Positions 56,978-64,000 of a stretch of 64,000 nucleotides of DNA are shown here, one piece after another. The notes beneath the pieces are model-generated. The model had not been told where the DNA came from. It did not search any database and saw only the letters and a program-made list of their open reading frames with translations. This DNA is from Schizochytrium sp. TIO01 (Eukaryota > Protista > Bigyra: Labyrinthulomycetes), in contig SMSO01000004.1 in the NCBI GenBank assembly GCA_004764695.1, forward strand, positions 1,178,001 to 1,242,000. Direction: 5' to 3'. A program made the translations under genes and the position numbers. Each line of letters starts with the position of its first letter. Position 1 is the first letter of the stretch.

Positions 56978-59900
56978 AACTCTCAACGCCAAAGCTAATC
57001 AAGCTGTCCTAAGCCTCCATTGATCCTTTTGCTTTAATCTTCTTAGGAAACCTCCAGCTGATCAGATTCTTCTTTCAGCAGACTAGAGTTTACTCTCCGA
57101 AGCGACATTATTCAAGCAAGTTGACATCGCGTTTCTTTTTATTGCGTAAAGCAAGTAACTCGGTAGAGCCGCGTGATGCAGGCCTATAACATAAGTTGGT
57201 CTGCGCAATGGTCCACTCAGATAAAATTTCAGTTATAACGCCACTTTTTATTTTTCTTATTTCTTGTTAAAAGACTCCTTATGACATTGATCAGGTTAAG
57301 GTGCACATTGTCCATCTTTTGTGCATGCACCAGTACATACAGATCCAGCCTACAAAGCCTTCCTGCTGAGCACATGCACCTGCACTGCATGGGTCCTCAT
57401 TGCGGGAACTCTGGCAAACTTTCCAATCATCAGATGTGAAAGCATCCATTAACGAATTCCAAAGGTTGCACTTTTGTCTGACAAAACGCGTATTGAAACG
57501 ACCGCATCGTACACTTTCCTTAGGTTTCTTTGCTGGTCGAGCGGTTCGCAAAGGGGTTGGTGCTGGCGTGGGTGCGTCAGTAACGCAGATTCCATCGGTA
57601 GTACAGCTACCAGTGCACTCAGAACCAGTGAAATCGCATGTGAGACCATCGGCACAAGGCTCAAGGCATTCGTCAAGGCCCAAGCTAGCCTGATTTTGCA
57701 GAGTCAAAGTTTGAAATTTGTACGAATCCCTGTAAGTCTCGAGCATGCTGACAAAGCTTGAGATATCAGCTTCCGCAACCAAGTTATTCTCGGAGTTAAA
57801 ATTAAATGAAGTGATTTCACCCTTGCTATTGCACATGACGAGACCGTTTTGAAGAGGGCATTTCGCGCTGCCACAAGGGTTTATATAACGTGCATTATTA
57901 GTGGTAATGCCGCATCTGGTCCAGCGGGCACCGCCAAAGTTGTCTTGGAGTGCAACCCAAAGTTTGCAAGCTTGTGGATTGGTGGTTCCTGAGCAGGCAG
58001 CCTTGCTAGTAGGCGAAAACGTAGGGGCAGGCGTAGGTGCGTCAGTGACGCAGATTCCATCGGTAGTACAGCTACCAGTGCACTCAGAACCGGTGAAATC
58101 GCATGTGAGACCATCGGCACAAGGCTCAAGGCATTCGTCAAGGCCCAAGCTAGCCTGATTTTGCAGAGTCAAAGTTTGAAAATTGTACGAATCCCTGTAA
58201 GTCTCGAGCATGCTGACAAAGCTTGAGATATCAGCTTCCGCAATCAAGTTATTCTCGGAGTTGAAATTAAATGAAGTGATTTCATTATTGCTATTGCACG
58301 TGACGAGACCGTTTTGGACAGGGCATTTCGCGCTGCTACATGGGTTTATATAACGTGAATTAACAGCGTTAATGCCGCATTGGGTCCAGCTGGCACCTCC
58401 AAAGTTGTCTTGGAGCGCACTCCAAAGTTCGCAAGCTTTTGGGTAAGCGGTTGTTGAGCAGTCAGCGTTGCGAGTAGGAGCAGACGTAGGGGCAGGCGTA
58501 GGTGCGTCAGTGACACAGATTCCATCGGTAGTACAGCTACCAGCGCACTCAGAACCGGTGAAATCGCATGTGAGACCATCGGCACAAGGCTCAAGGCATT
58601 CGTCGAGGCCCAAGCTAGCCTGATTTTGCAGAGTCAAAGTTTGAAAATTGTACGAAGCCTTGTAAGTCTCGAGCATGCTGACAAAGCTTGAGATATCAGC
58701 TTCCGCAACCAAGTTATTCTCGGAGTCGAAATTAAATGAAGTAATTTGACGATTGCCATTGCACGTGAGGAGACCGTTTTGAACAGGGCACTTGGCGTTG
58801 CCACAAGGGTTTATATAACGTGAATTAACAGCGTTACTGCCGCATTGGGTCCAGCTGGCACCGCCAAAGTTGTCTTGGAGCGCATTCCAAAGTTCGCAAG
58901 TTTTGGGGTTAGCGGTTCCTGAGCAGGCAGTATTGTAAGTAGGAGCAGACGTAGGGGCGGGCGTAGGTGCGCTAGGGGCAGGCGTAGGTGCGTCAGTGAC
59001 ACAGATTCCATCGGTAGTACAGCTACCAGTGCACTCAGAACCAGTGAAATCGCATGTGAGACCATCGGCACAAGGCTCAAGGCATTCGTCAAGGCCCAAG
59101 CTAGCCTGATTTTGCAGAGTCAAAGTTTGAAAATTGTACGAAGCCTTGTAAGTCTCGAGCATGCTGACAAAGCTTGAGATATCAGCTTCCGCAACCAAGT
59201 TATTCTCGGAGTCGAAATTAAATGAAGTAATTTGACTATTGCCATTGCACGTGAGGAGACCGTTTTGAACAGGGCACTTGGCGTTGCCACAAGGGTTTAT
59301 ATAACGTGAATTAACAGCGTTACTGCCGCATTGGGTCCAGCTGGCACCGCCAAAGTTGTCTTGGAGCGCATTCCAAAGTTCGCAAGTTTTGGGGTAAGCG
59401 GTTCCTGAGCAGTCAGCCTTGCCTTCGTGAACAAGAAGTGCTAAAGTTGTTACTAAAAAAAGTAAGCGTGACATAACTTCGACGAAACTTCAATCTGATT
59501 ATTAATTCGATATTATACGAAGCTCAGCTTTCTTCTTCACTACTAGGTTGCAGCTTATAGAGCACAGCTTGTCTCGGTCAAGCGGATTTCGAGAAGATTT
59601 GGTTACAGTCTGGGTTTTGCTTGTGTGCTGGGTGTTTCATTTTGATTTTGGATTCTAGTTTAAAATGACTTTGCACCGTTGCTACTATATTTCCATGTTA
59701 CAAATTCCTTTTTTAAATATGGAAAATAAATCGTTCCTTACACTTTTAGTACGTTTGATTATTATCGATAGATGTTTTAACTATTGTTGTAATATGCAAC
59801 AGTAATGATTGATCTTTAGGTCAGTCATGATTGATGTTTAGGTAGGTTAGAAGGCAAATAGCTCAAAATCTATTACCATCTTGTGAGCTGCGCTGATTGC

Positions 59901-60280
59901 CTTAAGTTCTGCTTTTGCGTGCCTGAGTTAAAAGAAAGGGCTAAACATTAATAAAATTCAGGGTCATTTTCACCAGATCAATGAGACTACCGTGGTACTG
60001 CGTAGCTTCGTACTAGGAAATATGCCTTGAATATGAGTGTTGAGGACTTGCTTGAGGCACATCCAGAAGTTCTATTAGCCTGGTTGCAGCTAATAGAACT
60101 CGTTAGTTGTTTAAGTTCAATAGGCCTGATGAGACAAAGTTGAGGGTGGTCGGTCAAAACCGAACACTCAGGAAAGAGGAAACAACGAGGAAAGCAACAA
60201 AGAGCACCCTTTCAGATATAATCGAAAGGTTACAATTTTCCAATGACGCAAAGTTCCACCCCCCTGGCATATGAACAGAA
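56978..60280. repeat. Tandem segmental duplication, copy A
   Basis: The 3' flank (ctctcaac.cc.aagctaatcaagctgtcctaagcc...), the CDS and about 800 bp of upstream flank (ending aagttccaccccctggcatatgaa) align with 61129-63700. Confidence 0.95.
57291..59474 (-). CDS. Secreted Cys-rich tandem-module protein A: 4 x 155-aa modules plus a truncated, frameshifted terminal module
   Basis: Signal peptide MSRLLFLVTTLALLVHEGKA. DNA repeat period is 465 bp (486 bp for the first). APTPAPT linkers. The C-terminus is out of frame relative to paralogue B. Confidence 0.88.
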   Translation of the reverse strand: MSRLLFLVTTLALLVHEGKADCSGTAYPKTCELWNALQDNFGGASWTQCGSNAVNSRYINPCGNAKCPVQNGLLTCNGNSQITSFNFDSENNLVAEADISSFVSMLETYKASYNFQTLTLQNQASLGLDECLEPCADGLTCDFTGSECTGSCTTDGICVTDAPTPAPSAPTPAPTSAPTYNTACSGTANPKTCELWNALQDNFGGASWTQCGSNAVNSRYINPCGNAKCPVQNGLLTCNGNRQITSFNFDSENNLVAEADISSFVSMLETYKASYNFQTLTLQNQASLGLDECLEPCADGLTCDFTGSECAGSCTTDGICVTDAPTPAPTSAPTRNADCSTTAYPKACELWSALQDNFGGASWTQCGINAVNSRYINPCSSAKCPVQNGLVTCNSNNEITSFNFNSENNLIAEADISSFVSMLETYRDSYNFQTLTLQNQASLGLDECLEPCADGLTCDFTGSECTGSCTTDGICVTDAPTPAPTFSPTSKAACSGTTNPQACKLWVALQDNFGGARWTRCGITTNNARYINPCGSAKCPLQNGLVMCNSKGEITSFNFNSENNLVAEADISSFVSMLETYRDSYKFQTLTLQNQASLGLDECLEPCADGLTCDFTGSECTGSCTTDGICVTDAPTPAPTPLRTARPAKKPKESVRCGRFNTRFVRQKCNLWNSLMDAFTSDDWKVCQSSRNEDPCSAGACAQQEGFVGWICMYWCMHKRWTMCTLT

Positions 60281-60599
60281 GGAAGGGACAAAGAAAAAAA
60301 GAAAAATACTCGGGTAGGGCAACCCCACAACCTAAAGTGCGCAAATACAAATAAATGTATAGGCCAGTTGGATAATTGAGTTAGACCACAAAATGAACAG
60401 AATTGAACATTGAAACGGGAAATCAGCAATCATTCTTTTGAATGACACTGTAGCTGTGCATTGGGACGAGAATAGCCTTCGCTTATGTTTATGTTAAATT
60501 TTAGTGAGTGCCGAATTTTGAGCGCAATGAGAACAGAACGCCTCAACAGAGCTATTCCGTAATTCGAGTGACTATAGATGATTTCTCGTAGTGAGGGTA

Positions 60600-60880
60600 C
60601 TCGTAAGTAAAATACATAAAGTTTAAGAAGAACATGAAGTTTAAGAAGAACAGTAGCAATGGGGTTATTAAGTAAAGCATAAAGTTTCAGAAGGACATTA
60701 GCAATAAGGTTAAATGAAAAAAAAAAACAGTATCAATAGAACGTTTAAATTTTAAAAGTAAATCAATAACATTAAGTTCAATAGGAAGAGCATGAATGAG
60801 TAGAACAAAGTCCGTAAGTAATAACGAAGCGTTAAAGAGGAGCAGTATGTATAAGTAGAACATAGTCCGTCACTAAGGGT
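60600..60880. repeat. Degenerate purine-rich minisatellite in the spacer between the duplicated copies
   Basis: Recurring units aagtttaagaagaaca, agcaat and agtagaaca.agtccgt. Confidence 0.5.
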
Positions 60881-61441
60881 ACAGCTATTCAAGAAACACC
60901 AGTGGAACAGCTGCTATAGGGAGTTTCTTGTTGTGCTTTAGTTCGACTCAATATTTTGATTTTAACTATAGCTACAAGTTCAATCCAATGCATGTTAAAT
61001 GTACGATATCTTATATATCTTGTATTAATTAATTGTGTAATTTGTGGTAGTTTAAAGTGCAGGTGTAAAGTATATACGAAGCTTTGAAAATTGTATACTG
61101 ATTAAATACACCAAATCAATATCTCGTAACTCTCAACACCATAGCTAATCAAGCTGTCCTAAGCCTTTATTGATTTTGTTTTGATTTTCTTAGGAAACCT
61201 CCACCTGATCAGATTCGTCTTTCAGCAGATTGGAATTTACTCTCCAAAGTGACATTATTCAAGCAAGTTGACATCGCTTTTCTTTTTCGCGTAAAGCAAG
61301 TAACTCAGTAGAGCCGCGTGATAAAGGCCTATAACATAAGCTGGTCTGCGCAATGGTTTCACTCAGATAAAATTTCGGCTATGACGCCACTTTTTATTTT
61401 TCTTATTTCTTGTTGAAAGACTCCTTGTGACATTGATCAAG

Positions 61442-62878
61442 TTAAGGTGCACATTGTCCATCTTTTCTGCATGCACCAGTACATACAGATCCAGCCCTAA
61501 AGGCACAACTAATGGCTGAACACAAGCTAGGAAAGCATGTGTCGAGATCGAGCGAAGTCTGTCTGTTAATTGTCAGCCTCGTGAACAAGTCTGGGTTCGC
61601 TTCGAGCAAAGTTTCTTCGAAAGCAGTAACGTTAGTAAGAGGGTTCCATGTCAAACCAACGTCACGTACAAACTGGACTCTCGTGACGCGTCCAGCACTA
61701 CAACCTACAAAGCCTTGACGCCGAGCACATGCACCTGCACTGCATGGGTTCTCATTGCGGGAACTCTGGCAAACTTTCCAATCATCAGATGTGAAAGCAT
61801 CCATTAACGAATTCCAAAGTTTGCAGTTATTTCTGGCAAAGCGCGGCTTAAAACGATTGCATCCTAAACCTTCCGTAGGTTTCTTTGTTGGTCGAGCGGT
61901 TGGCAAAGGGGTTGGTGCTGGAGTAGGTGCGTCAGTGACGCAGATTCCATCAGTAGTACAGCTACCAGTGCACTCAGAACCAGTGAAATCGCATGTAAGA
62001 CCATCGGCACAAGGCGCAAGGCATTCGTCGAGGCCCAAGCTAGCCTGATTTTGCAGAGTCAAAGTTTGAAAATTGTACGAGTCCCTGTAAGTCTCGAGCA
62101 TGCTGACAAAGCTTGAGATATCAGCTCCCGCAACCAAGTTATTCTCGGAGTTGAAATTAAATGAAGTAATTTCATTATTGCCATTGCACGTGACGAGACC
62201 TTTTTGAACAGGGCACTTGGCGCTGCCACAAGGGTTTATAGACCGTGAATTAACAGCGTTAATGCCGCATTCGGTCCAGCTGGCACCGCCAAAGTTGTCT
62301 TGGAGCGCACTCCAAAGTTCGCAAGCTTTTGGGTAAGCGGTTCCTGAGCAGTCAGCCTTGCGAGTAGGAGCAGACGTAGGGGCAGGCGTAGGTGCGTCAG
62401 TGACACAGATTCCATCGGTAGTACAGCTACCAGTGCACTCAGAACCAGTGAAATCGCATGTGAGACCATCGGCACAAGGCTCAAGGCATTCGTCAAGGCC
62501 CAAGCTAGCCTGATTTTGCAGAGTCAAAGTTTGAAAATTGTACGAATCCCTGTAAGTCTCAAGCATGCTGACGAAGCTGGAGATATCAGCTTCCGCAACC
62601 AAGTTATTATCGGAGCCGAAATTAAATGAAGTAATTTGACTATTGCCATTGCACGTGACGAGACCGTTTTGAAAAGGGCACTTTTGAGGGCCACAAGGGT
62701 TTATATAACGTGAATTAGTAGCGGAAGTGCCGCATGCGGTCCAGCTGGCACCGCCAAAGTTGTCTTGGAGCGCACTCCAAAGTTCGCAAGCTAGTGGGTA
62801 AACGGTTCCTGAGCAGTCAGCCTTGCCTTCGTGAACGAAAAGTGCTAAAGTTGTTACTAAAAAAAGTAAGCGTGACAT
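61442..62878 (-). CDS. Secreted Cys-rich tandem-module protein B: 2 x 155-aa modules plus an intact divergent terminal module
   Basis: Near-identical signal peptide and the same modules as A. The terminal module keeps the Cys pattern (..CFPSLCSAISCAFRAGSVCTGACRKDGQCAP). Confidence 0.9.
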   Translation of the reverse strand: MSRLLFLVTTLALFVHEGKADCSGTVYPLACELWSALQDNFGGASWTACGTSATNSRYINPCGPQKCPFQNGLVTCNGNSQITSFNFGSDNNLVAEADISSFVSMLETYRDSYNFQTLTLQNQASLGLDECLEPCADGLTCDFTGSECTGSCTTDGICVTDAPTPAPTSAPTRKADCSGTAYPKACELWSALQDNFGGASWTECGINAVNSRSINPCGSAKCPVQKGLVTCNGNNEITSFNFNSENNLVAGADISSFVSMLETYRDSYNFQTLTLQNQASLGLDECLAPCADGLTCDFTGSECTGSCTTDGICVTDAPTPAPTPLPTARPTKKPTEGLGCNRFKPRFARNNCKLWNSLMDAFTSDDWKVCQSSRNENPCSAGACARRQGFVGCSAGRVTRVQFVRDVGLTWNPLTNVTAFEETLLEANPDLFTRLTINRQTSLDLDTCFPSLCSAISCAFRAGSVCTGACRKDGQCAP

Positions 62879-63200
62879 AACTTCGACGAAACTTCGACCT
62901 GCTTATTAATTCGATATGGGAAGCTCAACTTTCTCCTTCACCACTTGGTTGCAGCTTATAGAGCACAGCTTGTCTCAGTTAAGCGGACTTCGAGATGACC
63001 TGGTTATAGTTTGAGTTTTGCTTGTGTGCTGGGTGTTGCGTTTTGATTTTGGATTCTAGTTTAAAATGACTTTGCACCGTTGCTATATTTTCATGTTACA
63101 TTTTTTTTTTAAATATGGAAAATAAATCGTTCCTCACACTTTTAGTACGTTTGATTAATTACCAATAGATTTTATTTATAACTGTTGTTGTAATATGCAT

Positions 63201-63266
63201 CAGTAATGATTGATGTTTAGGTCAGTAGTGATTGATGTTTAGGTCAGTAATGATTGATGTTTAGGT
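63201..63266. repeat. 22-bp tandem repeat x3 upstream of gene B (x2 at 59800-59843 upstream of gene A)
   Basis: cagtaatgattgatgtttaggt units read directly. Confidence 0.85.
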
Positions 63267-63849
63267 TAGAAGGCAAATAGCTCAAAATCTATTACCATCT
63301 TGTGAGCTGCGCTGATTGCCTTACTTCTGCTTTTGCGTCCCTGTGTTAGTAGAAAGGGCTAAACATTAGTAAAATCTAGGGTCATTTTCACCGGATTAAT
63401 GAGACTACTGTGGTACTGCATAGCTTCGTACTAGGAAATATACTTTGAATATGAGTGTTGAGGACTTGCTTGAGGCACATCCAGAAGTTCTGTTAGCCTG
63501 GTTGCAGCGAATAGAACTCGTTAGTTGTTTAGGTTCAATAGGCCTGATGAGACTAAGCTAAGGGTGGTCCGTCAAAACCGAACACTCAGGAAAGAGGAAA
63601 CAACGAGGAAAGCAACAAAGAGCACCCTTTAAGATATAATCGAAAGGTTTACAATTTTCAAATGACGCAAAGTTCCACCCCCCTGGCATATGAAGGAAGA
63701 AAAAAAAATTTAAAAAAAAATATATATATATAAAATCGTGTATTTGAAAAGAGATATTAAAATCAGTCAAGAAGCGGCAGTGTAGTTGTTTATAAGAGCA
63801 TGCATAGCTCTTTGTGTATTACAGAGACGAGACAAGAGTTGACGGCAGA

Positions 63850-64000
63850 TTAAGCCTTAGACTTCTTGTTACGGTTTCTGCGCCGCCGACGAGATGAAGA
63901 ACTGCTAGAAGACGCAGCGGTAGGGTGTGCAGCCTCCTGCTTAGATGCCGAAGCAGATGTCGGAGAAGATGAAGCAGATGCAGGAGAGGCCTCCTCTGGG
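63850..64000 (-). CDS. 3' end of a gene extending beyond the window (Ser/Ala-rich, basic tail)
   Basis: Minus strand reads PEEASPASASSSPTSASASKQEAAHPTAASSSSSSSRRRRRNRNKKSKA*; GC-rich, coding-like composition. Confidence 0.6.
   Translation of the reverse strand, partial: PEEASPASASSSPTSASASKQEAAHPTAASSSSSSSRRRRRNRNKKSKA

Larger units (their letters stand above)
61129..63700. repeat. Tandem segmental duplication, copy B
   Basis: Collinear with 56978-60280 in both coding and non-coding sequence. Confidence 0.95.

Noticed and set aside
57400-62496. Repeated short alternative-frame and antisense ORFs, and a possible CRISPR-like array
   Set aside because: They are by-products of the 465-bp coding repeat; there is no short-repeat/unique-spacer structure and no cas genes.

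Overview
Eukaryotic, intron-poor genomic DNA. Long single-exon genes, a few GT-AG introns, (GAAA)n/(ATTG)n microsatellites and AT-rich spacers suggest a thraustochytrid/labyrinthulomycete stramenopile (Aurantiochytrium-like); this is inference only. About 17 protein genes are present. Recognisable housekeeping genes: proteasome alpha-7, BIG/Sec7 ARF-GEF, PAPS transporter SLC35B2, PHAX, B3GNTL1/QTGAL, an O-fucosyltransferase and an RMDN-like TPR protein. There are also two LRR proteins, a LicD/FKRP-like protein whose catalytic aspartates are lost, a DUF5692-like membrane protein, a divergent TIR-domain protein and several unknowns. The most striking structure is a tandem segmental duplication (about 57.0-60.3 kb and 61.1-63.7 kb). 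It carries two paralogous secreted proteins built from a 155-aa, 12-Cys module resembling an LRR N-cap plus two LRR turns plus a Cys cap, joined by TPAPT linkers. Module number differs between copies, the N-terminal halves vary while the C-terminal halves are homogenised, and one copy has a frameshifting deletion. No rRNA, tRNA, CRISPR array or intact mobile element was recognised. All family assignments come from motif recognition by eye, not database searches.
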